Shown: positions 1 to 15,088 of the stretch, piece after piece | How positions within the stretch are numbered: position 1 is the first letter of the stretch | How the letters are laid out: each line of letters opens with the position of its first letter | Source: Yuukianura sp. NJ FZ-2021 | Lineage: Eukaryota | Assembly (NCBI GenBank): GCA_046563655.1 | Contig: CM102288.1 | Coordinates: forward strand, 4,588,001 to 4,652,000 | Length of the DNA: 64,000 nt | Direction: 5' to 3' | Notes under the pieces: model-generated | Database searches by the model: none | What the model saw: the letters and a program-made list of their open reading frames with translations, nothing else | What the model was told of the DNA's origin: nothing | Made by a program: the position numbers and the translations under genes

Positions 1-905
1 TAGTTGTGTTGCACCCTTGATGGCAAAACTAAAGCAAGCACTTTTTATTATGAAAACTGCACAGCATTACATACCAAATAGACTATGTTTTTCAGAAATA
101 TTTTATGGAACTGTAGTTCAGTGTTTTTCGAACCGTGGTGATGACATCTACAAAGTCGGCGTCTTTCGGGTCAAGACGTTCCTTGGGGTCACTTGTTTGC
201 GAAAACTGGTGTACCCACGGATCAAGTCCAGTGACTCTCTGCAATTTCGTGTTTCTCGGAAGGTTTCGTGCAATGAAAGCACCGATTTGTGCTCCCAAAC
301 TGTGTCCAATATGGTGAAAATCAGCGTATTTGGAGTACTGATGCCTCACTAAAGTTTTCATTAGTTTTGCAATTTCGGCTCCAACGTTTTCAGTATTTTT
401 GACTGCAGAGGAGTAGGAGACGTCCATGGCGGCCCAACTGACCAAAATTATGTTGTAACTATCGGAAAGTGACAGATAAGCTACGGAGGAACGAGAAAGT
501 TAACCTTTGACCTTTGAACTTTTTTTTTCAAAATATTTTTGAAACTGTTACCATCTTTAGTGCTTTGTGGAAATCCTGATTTATAGTCAACCCCATGGCC
601 GTGGGAAATAAATTTAACGGGTTTGTTTTTGACAAATTTTGAGTCCGAGATGGTTTTCCATTTGCTTGCTTTGAGTTCTTGCTCTTGACCTATTTCAGTG
701 TTTGACCTTGAGGAATGCAAATTTTGAAAAGCAAACACAAATAAGAAGTTTTTAAAAATGGAATTTTGCAAACTCACTTTGTGTACAGAAAAAACTGAGG
801 TGGAGACGCGGTGTTGTTTTTATGTCGCTTTTTTGCAACAACTCCGAATGCTGGCAGCGAAATCACAAATACTAAAACCAGACTAAAATTTTGCAGCGTC
901 CGCAT
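1..905 (-). CDS. Secreted pancreatic-lipase/phospholipase A1-family lipase, 3'-truncated by the window edge
   Basis: ATG at 905. Exons 905-778 (signal-peptide-like MRTLQNFSLVLVFVISLPAFG...PQFFLYT), 706-552 (KPVKFISHG) and 480-134 (YNIILVSW, HIGHSLGAQIG nucleophile elbow, RVTGLDP, LDPKDADFVDVI) join in frame through GT-AG introns. Downstream exons unresolved. Confidence 0.85.
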
Positions 906-1589
906 TTCCAAAGCCAATTTACTGAATTATTTTTTCAAAATTTTCAAAATCTCTATGTTCTAGTTAGGGAGCGGAAGTGTTATTTGTCGCTTGCTAGACT
1001 TTCTTCAAAAAATTTTCCAAAAATATTAGTACAACTCATCAATAACTTCAAAATTGAAATGGGGTCAACCTCAACAGGAATAAAAAGAATAAAGCACATG
1101 AAAATCCAAGACATTTTTAGGTCACGTCATGTTTTGGATTCCTTCTTAAAACGTCTATACGTCTAAACCTCTACTTTTTTTTTAAACTGAAAACTAAAAA
1201 ACTGTTTTTGACCTTTGACACAAAACGTGAAATGGTTCCGAAATACTTTTAGTGACACATAAAATGACATAATTTGTAAGATAACCTGTGTGTATTGCAA
1301 AATGTTTGTGGATTTGATAAGATTCGTTTTAGCACGGCACCTTATGACCTTGGAATCACATAAGATAAAACTGTGTCAATCGCTAAACAGCATAATGCAA
1401 AATCAATCAGCCCAAAAAAGCACGATTTTAGCTAAATTTTAGATTTTAGAAGTATAAAATCTTGTTCCATTTATGAAATTGATCTCGGAAGTGGTGTCCA
1501 GAATACTTTTGCATTGTTTTTATAACTTTTTGAAAACACATCATTCCCAATTTTCCATTTTGATTTAGATTGACCTTTGACCTTAAAAG

Positions 1590-2324
1590 ATGAGTAGCGA
1601 AGTTGCAGGTTCTTCTTATAATACAGAACCCACACGATACATCAATTACCGCTACTTCATTACACCTCCAGGGATTTTGAAATTAGTTGAAGTGGTTAGT
1701 ATTTCTAAACATGTAAACTTCATTTTTAAAACTAATCAATTAATTGAATTAGTTAACTATTTTGGTGCTTTGTGACAGGTATTTTGCTCAATTTGTTTTG
1801 GCACAGCTTCACCGCCCTACCTTGGTGTCAATATATTTTTACTAGTCGTAGCATACTTGACGCTTGCCTGCAACTGTGCCTGGATTGTCATCTACCTCTT
1901 CAACATCAACACCAAATTCCAACATCCCAAATTCTCATGGCCAATTGTCGTAAGTTTTAGTAGTTAAGATCAATTAGCCAATTGTTAAGTCAAAGTTGAT
2001 GCAAATGCGTCAAAAGATTCATGAAATGTGCAATTCCTAGGAACTTTTGTACAATGCAGTGGCAACGCTCTTCTTCGCGTTAGCAGTGACAAGTCAATTT
2101 GCAGTTTTGTCTCTTCCTAACTCCGCTCTAGTGGTTGTCCACCCTGGAATAACAGATGAAGTGCCTCGCTTTTTCGCATCCGCTGTAATTCTAAATTCAA
2201 AATTCTAAAAATTCTTTCCAAAATGTACAAATTCTGAATTTGAAATTCCGTTTTTCAGTCCTTCGGACTCATGAACTCAATTGTACATGGACTCAGTGCC
2301 GTCTTTGTCTTCAACCGTCGATGA
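1590..2324 (+). CDS. MARVEL-domain membrane protein (plasmolipin/CMTM-like), about 161 aa
   Basis: Exons 1590-1694, 1779-1949, 2041-2184, 2259-2324 join in phase 0 through GT-AG introns. YFITPPGILKLVEV start, four hydrophobic segments, WPIVELLYNAVA and FGLMNSIVHG are typical MARVEL patterns. AATAAA at 2370. Confidence 0.8.
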
Positions 2325-2548
2325 TCAATTCTGAAGAGCAAGAAATACAGTTGTCTAGTCACATTCGGAAATAAACCAACTCCCGAAACAGCTTTGATAT
2401 GTCCTTTTCTTCTCTGTATTTGTAAGTGTTAATTAATCCATAACAAAAGTTAGAGTTAAGGATGGGTGTGACAACGAGTGTCTTGTTTTGGTACTCCCGT
2501 TCCCCTCCGTGTCACTTCAAGGACGTCGGACACCCATTCACTCCGATT

Positions 2549-5500
2549 TTACTCCCATTCAGTTGTTCCTGGTGGCTTGGAAGTGAGGTCATAGAGGACC
2601 TTGGAGATTCCGTCCACTTTTTCCACTTGCTGAACCATCATCTGAATCACTTCTACCGGGAGGTGACGCCCTGGCACTGCTGGTACACCCGTCATGAAGT
2701 CATTCGTTACAAAGGGACGTATGACAACAGAACGCTTGCAAGAAGGCATCCGTTCCAGTGCACTGCGATCGAAATGGATCGGTATAAGAACCACTGGCAT
2801 CTGACTGATTCGCTTGATGCAGCCGGAGTCCATCAAAACCTAAAGTTCAAAATCCAAAATCATTTGAAATAGTTTTAAAATAAGTTATTTTATTGTAATT
2901 AACATTTTACCTGATGCACAAGATGGTCACATTGTCTGACTATATTAAGGACATGGGGTGTGAGCAGCGTTTGTGTGACGTCTGTAACTGGCTCCTTGAC
3001 GCATCCACCAAACAAGTAACAAACACGGTTCACAGAGTGGCAAACCTAAAACGATAATTTTCAAACTAAAACTCATGTTTAAATATCGAATTTCGGCAAA
3101 AGTGTTGTTTAAAATATCGAATTTTTGCATACTTTCGGGATAACTTTGGCTAAGAAAATGAGGTCTTCCCAGTCTGGCGTTCCTTCTGAAGAAATGGCAG
3201 CAACGTACGAGTAGGATCTCTTGTCTCCCTGCACTCCCACACTTCGGATTGGAAGCAGTGTAGAACGAAGTTGAGTTCTTCTAGAAATTTCAACGAGCCT
3301 CTGTCGCTCTTCAGCTGAACAAATGTTTTCAATTCGATTTATCAACGCATGACCCTATTCAAAAACAAAAATAAACTTCACCTTCTCACTTGAAGTCTTT
3401 TAGTTTTGCAATTGACGATTGTTCATACCTTTTGAAGAATTGAACTGAACTCGACGATGAGACGGAACAGGACTTGGGTTTCTCCGAAATCACTTTCCAT
3501 GTAAGGTTCTTGTGCACAGATGACTCTGATGGCCAATCCTGGTCCAGGAAATGGATGTCGGTCAACTATTTCCGAAGGGAGGCCAAGGTCTCTTCCAAGC
3601 TGACGAACCTAAAAAACAACAAAAATGCATTTCAAAAATATTCAACAACTTTTTGAGGAAACTTCGATTTCTTAAAAATGTTTCAATGAAGTTTTAAGTT
3701 GTAGAACAGTGTGTAGCCACAGTTGTTTAATCTTTTGCAAAGCTGTGGTGATTCTACAGTTCTCTCAAGGCTTAACTCAAAACCTCGTGAAGAGCAGCCA
3801 TTGAAAATCTTTGATTTTGGAAGATTGTATCGAGAATTGAACATCGCTTGGGATTCAATTCCCTTCTTCTCTTCCAGGAGCAAAGCGGCTTATTTTTTAA
3901 ATCCGATCCGAATTCAAAAATTCTCACCTCATCCTTGTGGAAATCCTTGAGTGGCTCTACAACACGTCCCGCTCTGCGCAACGTTCTAACAAGTTCAGAG
4001 TCATTGTGATGAGTTTTAATCGTATTAGCTGAGCCTGAGGCGAGATGCGACGCAGACTCAATTAAATCTGGTCGCAACGTCCCTTGACCCAGAATCACAT
4101 TCGCAGGATCCAAGTGAAGTTCCTCAGTCACACGATGTGCAACCTGCAAACAACATAAACATTCAATAGTCGAATAAATCGTAGATGAACCTGAGCAATT
4201 GAAAAACTCACTCGCATGAACACATCTCCAATAATTTTCCGTTTCTCCTCAGGTTCTGTCACATAGCAGAGTTGTTTCGAAGGAAGGACTCTCTTAGGAT
4301 TAGCGGGATCAATTGGTAGATTTGTTGTGCCCATCAAAAATTCTGGTCCTGCTCGAATGATCTTGATTTTGAGTCCTAATCGAGCTAAAGAGGCTTCCAC
4401 AGCTTCACTCTCATTCTTCCGTAGAAACCCATTGTCCACATGTACTGCCACGATCTGTTGATTGAAAAAAAAATTGAATGACTTTTAGAAAATGATGTAC
4501 GTATTTCTAGCTGGGAAAATCGTTCCCAATTACTTGATCTTCTCGGAGAGCTTTCTTTAGCAGCGCTGTACAAACTGTAGAGTCCACTCCACCGCTCAGC
4601 ATCATCTAAAAACACAGATGAAGTTAGTATTGGTAAAGCTTCAAAGTCACTGGATGACTTGTGGTAGTAAATGACAATTCCAGTTGGTAACTTACCAGGA
4701 CTGTGTTATTCGCAGGGACGGCAGAGCGAATGTATTCAAGACACTGAGCTTCCCTTGATCTAAGCGTGAAACTTGGTGTGATTCTCGCAATATCAAAGAG
4801 AAAATTGCGAAACATTTTAATTCCATCCAAAGTCAGATCCACCTCAGGATGGAATTGAACTCCGTAAATCTTCATTTCTTCACTGGAAATTGCCGCGACA
4901 AGACTCCCAGAAGAAGCAATGACTGAGAACCCGCTTCCTATTCTATCTAAACTGTCTCCATGCGTCAGCAGCACTTCAGTACTTTTTCCAAGTCCACTGT
5001 AAATAAGACAGCGAAGGATTACATTTAACAGTTACAAATTAGTGAAGTGAAGAAGTAAGCTGACTCTTTGTTGGAAACTCACGTGAATAGTTGCGATTGT
5101 GGTACACAATCCACTGCATATTGACCATCTTCACGTATTTCCTTCTTGATTACGGATCCGCCAAACTCCTTATTTATAATCTGCATACCGTAGCAAATTC
5201 CAAGAATCGGAAGACCGAGTTTAAAAATCTTAGGATCATAGGCAGGAGCATCTACATCGTAAACTGATTTTGGACCGCCGGAGATGATCAATGCTCTGTA
5301 AAATTAAGTTAGTATTTATAAATCAGTCACAAATCATAAGTAAAAGGAACTTACTTAGCACCACTCAGCTGGATTTTAGAGGCAGGGGTATCCAGAGGAA
5401 GTAATTCGGAATGAACAAAAAGTTCTCTAACTCTACGGTCGATTAACTTTCCATACTGAGCTCCAGCGTCCAAAATTAGAACTTGAGCATTGACTAATCC

Positions 5501-5704
5501 TTCAGTGGTGCCGTTCCCTTCCATTGTAATCGTAAGTATCCTCTCGTTTGTAGCAGTTACAGTTGGGGAAACCTGGTTACTGGAACTTGAGGTACTTGAA
5601 TGATTTGCTCCTGTAATTGACGCTGAATTATTTAATTGAGATTGAGTCGTTTCCATTGCCTCATCTTCAACAACAGGAACAGCAGTAGGAGTACCAGATA
5701 CCAT
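2549..5704 (-). CDS. GMPS: GMP synthase (glutamine-hydrolysing), multi-exon
   Basis: Exonic motifs [46 protein letters not shown] (PP-loop), [26 protein letters not shown] and the C-terminal [14 protein letters not shown]. About 70 aa of Ser/Thr-rich sequence precedes the GATase domain. Confidence 0.96.
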
Positions 5705-6714
5705 TACTCAACTCTACATGACAAAAAAAACAAGACATTAGAGCTTAAGCACGTTTACGAAGGATTGCGAAATCGATGATGATAATCTTTCCAATGAACT
5801 TGACATTTAAAATTTGCTCGAGTTTAAAGGTAAAGCACATGAATGAACTAATGAACGTGACGAAAGCAGCCAAGACTTGGGTAACCAGGAATTAAGATTG
5901 CATGGACATGACATGACCGCTCTGAATCTAATAATGTGCACATTCTAACTTACATAACTAAAAGTAATTGAAAATTAACTTACAACCGGCCAGGTAAAAG
6001 AAAGCAAGCTTAATCGATGTTTCTGAAACAAATACTGATCAGATTAAATCAATCCCCGATTCCAATTGGTCCTGTTCCTGCAGGATTTGCTCAAAGTAAA
6101 AAAAGTTAACTGTTGACGATCCACACCGATACCCGGACAAGTTGGTTCTCTTTCACGTCGCTACAGCAGTTGAAATTTAGATGGGATGAATGAAGGTAAC
6201 GTTATAATTAGCAACAATATCAATTAATTAACTTAGTTATAAATTTAACTACTCAAAAAACAAGTCTGAAGATTTTATGGAGTAAACGGTACAGCAGCAG
6301 CGGTCCGTCTACACATGAATTGAAAGATCTTCCTTCCTTCCACTGTTTTTTTACAAGCTACCGGCACTCAAGGGTGCGCACGCGTCCAAGGGTTTGGCCA
6401 GTCTAAAAACAACTTTTTGAAACTAGTTTTTAAAAAATCATGTAAAGTCTCACACCATCATCCAAAAGATTTTTAATTAGTTTAATTAAACACAGACTAA
6501 AAGAAGACCGGTGGCTGGCTGTAGAATTGAAACCGATTAGAAAGAACAAAAGTGAGGAACTTGAAACTAACCATGTTAGCAAAGAGCAATTTCCTGGAAT
6601 CGAAATTGTAATTGATGAGACTTGAAAAAATGCATTCCTGAGAAAAATTACTCGAAAGGGGAGTAAAAAGTGATGAGAATTAGAGTGATCGAGACGTTAG
6701 GATGGTTGACGCGA

Positions 6715-8552
6715 CTATTGAAGAACGAGTCCAATTTCGTTAGCTTCAACGGTGGGACATTTCCAGTTATACAAGTAGTATTGTAGATTTCCATCACCAA
6801 CGCCAAACTTAAGTGGCTCCAGGAACTCTTTGTTATCCATCAAGTCCAAGGCGTTGAACACATCAAATCCATTCTACAAACAAACATATGAAATAGAACT
6901 GTGTTCGTTTTGAAAAGCTCCGTCTAAAGTTCTAACCGAAGCTGTGAATCAAGATTATAGACACAATTTTGAAAGAAACTTTTTTTTCTCACCCGTTTGG
7001 CCAGAATGAGCGCATCCGACATTAGGTCTTGTAGCGACATGGATGTGGCGACGTTGTAAAATGAATAGGCAGCTTTGATGGACTTGTGCAATGGGTTATT
7101 TACGACAGTCGACGGCAAGAAATAGTAGCTGATCATATCTGCGGAAAGCAAACAAACGCTGGCAGTGTTAAATATAAAAAAATTAAAAATTAGCACAGAA
7201 ATCTAACCTGTAACGACTCCATTTGATTCAACGACGTACGCCTCCACGATGTTTGGCTTAGGCAAAAACCAATGTTCAAATTCCGCCCGGGTAAATACAG
7301 GAGTAAGTTTGAACTTAGGTAGATATTTAGACAGTAGTTCGTGGGCCGACGGAATGTCCTTCTTTGTCATTGGTCTAAGTCCAGCACACTTGGTTTCCGC
7401 TGGAAGTCGATAGAGTTTGATAGTACGCTGAAGAGTCATGTTGCGGGTCAAGTGAGAAAATCGTGTCTCGATTAACTTCTTGGGATTGAGAGACCGGTGC
7501 CAGTAGCGACAAGTAGAAATTGGTTTCGGAAGAACCACGCCAGCGGTGTAGACGGCTTGGAAAATTCCATGCAAGTTGACACGCCGAGTGATTTCTCGAA
7601 TCAGAACAGGAGCTACTCTCTTTGAACGTAATTTTTTGTGGACGCAGAGAAAGTTTATTTCAACAATCTTCATTTTCCTGAAATCAACACATTTACTTAT
7701 TGTTATAATGTTTAATTTTGAAAAAAAAACAAAATTGAATGAAAACATACTGCGAATGGACTGAAATTGTTGCTGGAACTCCGGAAATGAACCCAACAAG
7801 TTTCTTATTCTTGGCAACACGAACACCACAGTGCCACTCCAGTTTCCAGCCGGGAGGTTTCAGTGCCCTGTCAGAAGTAGGTGATTCACTAACAGGGTTT
7901 ACCGCCAAACGTAATGCTGCAAATTAATTAAGTAACATACCACATAAGAAACTCTGCAGGATAATCGAACCGGAACAAGCAGTCGTCATCCTCTACATAA
8001 TTTTCACTTAGAAGAGTATAAAGTTCTTTCAACTGTGTAAAGAAAATACATTATGACAGCAACGTAAGTGTATCAAGTGAAGGATAAACATTAATTGATA
8101 ATCAAATCATACAATGGCTGGATCATCAATGTCAAGCGTATCCCAAATAAAGCTGTCCGGCAAACTATAAGGTTCTTGTCGGATTTGATCGGTAGGCACG
8201 TTCGGCTCAATAGCTTCATTCACAGTTACGGTCTCGTCTAAATAATTTACATAACGATTTATTCAAGCACAAAACAAAATTTTTTGGAATACCATAATTT
8301 AGTTAACTTACCTATTTTAGGGACGGGTTGCGTTGACCAGAATTCATAGGGTCGACTCGCAGCCTCAGCTGTCGTCTTTGGTGCTTTACCAGTTCCCAGA
8401 TTTAGTAATTGAACAGCCTTTTCCAAATCTTCGAGCTGTCAATTAAAAAAAACGTAAATATTTGCAACAGTGAAACATGAGCTGTCGCTCGAAAATCCGG
8501 GAAAATTGTGTTTAGCATTTACCTTGATAGTTGGCGGTGGATTATTTGCCAT
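6715..8552 (-). CDS. NMT: Glycylpeptide N-myristoyltransferase, multi-exon
   Basis: [80 protein letters not shown] and C-terminal IGLVLQ with TAG at 6717-6715. Start ATG at 8552 is inferred from a 30-nt first coding exon. Confidence 0.95.
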
Positions 8553-11500
8553 TTTGAGACTTGCACTTGATAGATTGTTACAAAAAGGAGGTGCGACAGT
8601 GTACCTAATTTACTGTAATTAACACTTTAGTTTTCTAATTTGTGAAAAATTATGCAAAACTAGATTGCAAATGCAATCAATCAATCTCTTCTCAACAACA
8701 AACAACTGACTGATTTGAATGAAAGAAACCGAAACTGCTTTTTAGTGTATCATGCAAAACTGTTTGTTATGAAATTCATGGAACAAATTCGACACACCAC
8801 CCCTTCACCCGCAATCAGGTAGCCACATATGCGCATCGACGACCAAAAATTAAATAGAGAAATTATATAAAATTACCAAGTTGCAAATAATTTTACATAA
8901 TAATTAAATTATAATTATTAAATATTGATAAACAAAAATATTTTTGTTTTTAAAATCGCCCAAATATTTACTTATTTCACATTAAGGGCATGGGCCGGGC
9001 GAATAAATAAATATTTAGTAACTAAAAATCCGGAAATATTTGTTTATTATAAAAATATTAATATATTATTTTATATTTTTATGGCACTATGGGTATGAAG
9101 GCTAAGCATTTTTGACATTCCTAATACTTAATTAAGTCTGACCTAACTGTAATTTTTTTTAATTAAAAATAAATTATTGCTTTTTTTTAATTCTTTGCCC
9201 ATCTATGCTGAAGATGTGATAACAAGAGAAGGAGCTTTTAGTGTGACCGTTTTTTGGTGGTAAATTTTGAAATTTGGGGTGTGAGAGGGTGGTGGTGTGT
9301 GTGACGTCAGAGAGTGTAGAGCGAACAGACGGAAGGAGCGTTGAAGAGACGGTCGAATGTAGCCGAGCCACGCCCTTACAACAGCACTCCACTATAACTC
9401 CAGTCCACAAGGGAGCCTATAGGGATATCACCAACATCCCTCCCGTCTCTTATCCTCATCCAACACATCTCTTCAATCCATTAATCAATTCACACTTTGT
9501 TTCTCAACTAAAATAATCCCAAACAACAGAAACACTAATCAAGATATCCCGCAGGATCAAAAGCCCTCTACACTGCCCTTCGTCGTCGCTCAAAACACTC
9601 TGTGACACTTCCGCACTGCCGACTCCCTCACCGTGACCTCAACGCACAAACCGACCATCACTGGAAACCAGCCCGCCTATTCATCTTCCTTTCTGTATGC
9701 AGCCAAAGAGGTCAAGTCCATTCGGCTCTGTAGCGGAGTCAACAGAAACAAGACTAAGGTGAACATTGGTCTCAGCAGAGCGGACCACCGCAGACTCATT
9801 AATTGCCAATTTATTAAGCTTAATTACTATTCGGAGTATCATCTGTCCTTAACAAACAAGGTTGTGTTTAGTTGACTCGGAAATTGTACTTCGGGGGTTC
9901 GGAGGAGCACAAGGAAGCAGTTAGTATTAAACTTCTAACAAGCACAAACGAGTAAGTAATTGAATCTATAAATCAAACCCGGTCATACCGGATTAATCAT
10001 TACGAAGTTGAGATTCATCAACGTCTTTATGTCTTTCCTGTTTTGTAGGAATTCCTGCCTCCATTGATGTGGAAAGCACACTAAGAGGATCAGCCAATTA
10101 AGAATCAACTGGTGATATTGGAGCACAGGGGATAACGTTGTTACTCAACTGGGTGATAGTGGTTTGTGTAAGTGCGGCATTGAGTGGAGTACAGTAGGAT
10201 TGGATTAGTCGTGTCGTGACTTTGGTCAGCACTATTGCAATTGCAAGGGAACCGGTTCCGGAGTGTCGGAGGAGGCTTGAATTGGTAAGAATTTGAATTT
10301 ACTCTAAATATTTTTATTGCTAACATCGGAGATCACGAGTATTAGATTTTCCATTCAATTCTGTATACCCGCGCAAGTACGGAAGCTTTAGTTTATCTTC
10401 AAATTATACGACACTTCGATCATTGTTTATTGTTTCTGATCGGAATTGATCAGAAATTCGGATAAAATCTGGTGGATTTTATCCGAAACATTTTACTTTT
10501 ATCCGAAATTGAGGTTTGGAAGGTTTATGAAAAGAGTGGCTCAAGCCATTGAAGCATCAATTTCGCAGTTTCCTTTGAAACTGTTTGTTTAGTTTCTAGT
10601 AAAGACTGTGCTTGTCGTAAACTCGTGACCTTTCCTTATTTCCTTCCTAGTAGTATGACGCCTGATCCTTGTTTACCCCATTACTACCCGAATTGCATAG
10701 GTACTAGTTGATCTCCGTTTTGGAAAAGTAGGTGTCGATTTTAGGTAGGGCGGTATGGGACGGGATGGTGTGGGAGATGATGAGCTGGTTGTTCTAATTC
10801 TAGCCTCCTCTAATTAGTTCACTCTCACATAAATATTTATCTTCATCTTCTAAACTCAATTATGGATGTTAATTTTTGGAGAATTAGAGCAGGTTGTCCA
10901 CACCTAAACTAGGCAAATACTCTAATGTCCAACGATTAATGACAATATCCATAATACAGAATGAGTGATGCATCCAGAGTTGTTGCTAACGTTAACGTTA
11001 ATGGATTGATTAAAGTTGGAATTGAAACACGGAAATACCTAACCGAAGCGATTCCAGTTCCAGCAATGAAGCGATAAGGAAATGGGAAATGGTCATTTAT
11101 GGATCGCATTGTACTAAAAGTACTGTTTTTCCTAGTATTTTATACATGTCTCATTTTTGTTTTGACTTTCAATATAACAAGGCGAAATCGCTGACATTTT
11201 CCTGTTCAGTTTATGATTTTTAAGATGTATTGAAAATGATAGCGTGAATTTCATTATTTTTGAAACATGAAAGAGTGGATTTTTTAAGTTTTTGATAGAA
11301 GTTTGAAAGATAAAGTGAATTTTTAAACATAGTCTTTTTCAGTTTCAAGTATCGAATCTGCATTCTCCGGATTTCAATAAATGTCTGCAAAGTGAAAAAA
11401 AAAACGAAAAAGGAAAAAAGAAGATGAATTTGAGCCTGTGAGCGTGATGAGTGGAAATGTTGAATTTGAAGCGCCAGTTCCCTGACAGCCTCGCTTTCTC

Positions 11501-12555
11501 CTGCCGGAGAAAGGAGGTGAGACTTCACCGGTTTTTGGAAAGGAACTTTTCCTTTTAATTTTTTTGTTCGCTTTTTAAGTCAAGTCCCTTTGGTTTGACT
11601 TCGTTCACCGAAATGCCCGCTATTCTGTTGCTCTCTCTCTCCTCTTCTGTACCATGGTTTCCGTTGATATGGGTTTTTGCAGTCAGGGAAAGTAGAATCG
11701 ATACATCTCCGGGATCACATCTCTCCTCATCTCCCTTTTCGTCTCTTCTGCCTCACCCTCTCAGTTCACAACTTTCTCCTGCTACCCGCTAATCCCCGAC
11801 ATCCTTATGCCCGCCACCCTCCCGGGTTCCTTACTATAGGCTGTGTGGAGCATGGGCAGGAGTGGTGGAGGCCGACAGACACCGAGTCTGGGAGTGATTG
11901 TGGCCATTCCGCCGCCGCCTCTCGTCCAGGACACCACACTTTCCCACTGACGTCATTCAGAGAGAGACCACACGACCCTTGACCTATTCACTCCTTGGAG
12001 TGTTCGGAACACTGAGGAGGTCAACAATCGCTGGGTTGGAATGTGGTCCAGGTCGGAGGCTCAGTTGACCCCGAGTAGCCCTGTGCTTGTGCCTGGAAGG
12101 ACCCCGCCCCCTGAATTAGAACTAAACCTGTTTGTATCTACTACTGCTGGGCTGATACAGGCTCTATGAGCGGTGAACTATGCGGTGAAAATGAACAGAA
12201 ATTGGGAAATTAACTACCTATTTGCTAAGTGTTTGATTAAGTGGATGTTTTCCATTGGTAATTAATTTAGTGTCTAGTACTCGTGATACTGTGCTCATCT
12301 TTTCGTTCAAGTCTGGAGGTGAAAGTGAGATTTTCAAATTCCTACTTTTACTTTGAGTATATTTTAACTTGTAATTTCCATTTTTAGTTGGAAACGGAAC
12401 TTGTGATTGTTACAAAGTTAGGATTGTACACGTACAGCGCGGTTAATGTGGTGTAAAAACAAATACGAACAAAAACTGCGTGACTAACTGCTGATTTTTT
12501 GTGACTTTTAGGTCTGTGATCTCATCAGTCCCAATTTCAAGAAGTGTCGGTGAGG

Positions 12556-15088
<2,533 letters not shown>

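Noticed and set aside
29..133. Possible 8-nt micro-exon (82-75) in the lipase gene
   Set aside because: Both the micro-exon route and a direct 133-29 intron give open frames, and the window ends before the downstream motif that would decide.
3683..3950. Short ORFs inside the GMP synthase gene
   Set aside because: They lie mostly in an intron of about 320 nt, have no recognisable motifs and are of chance length.
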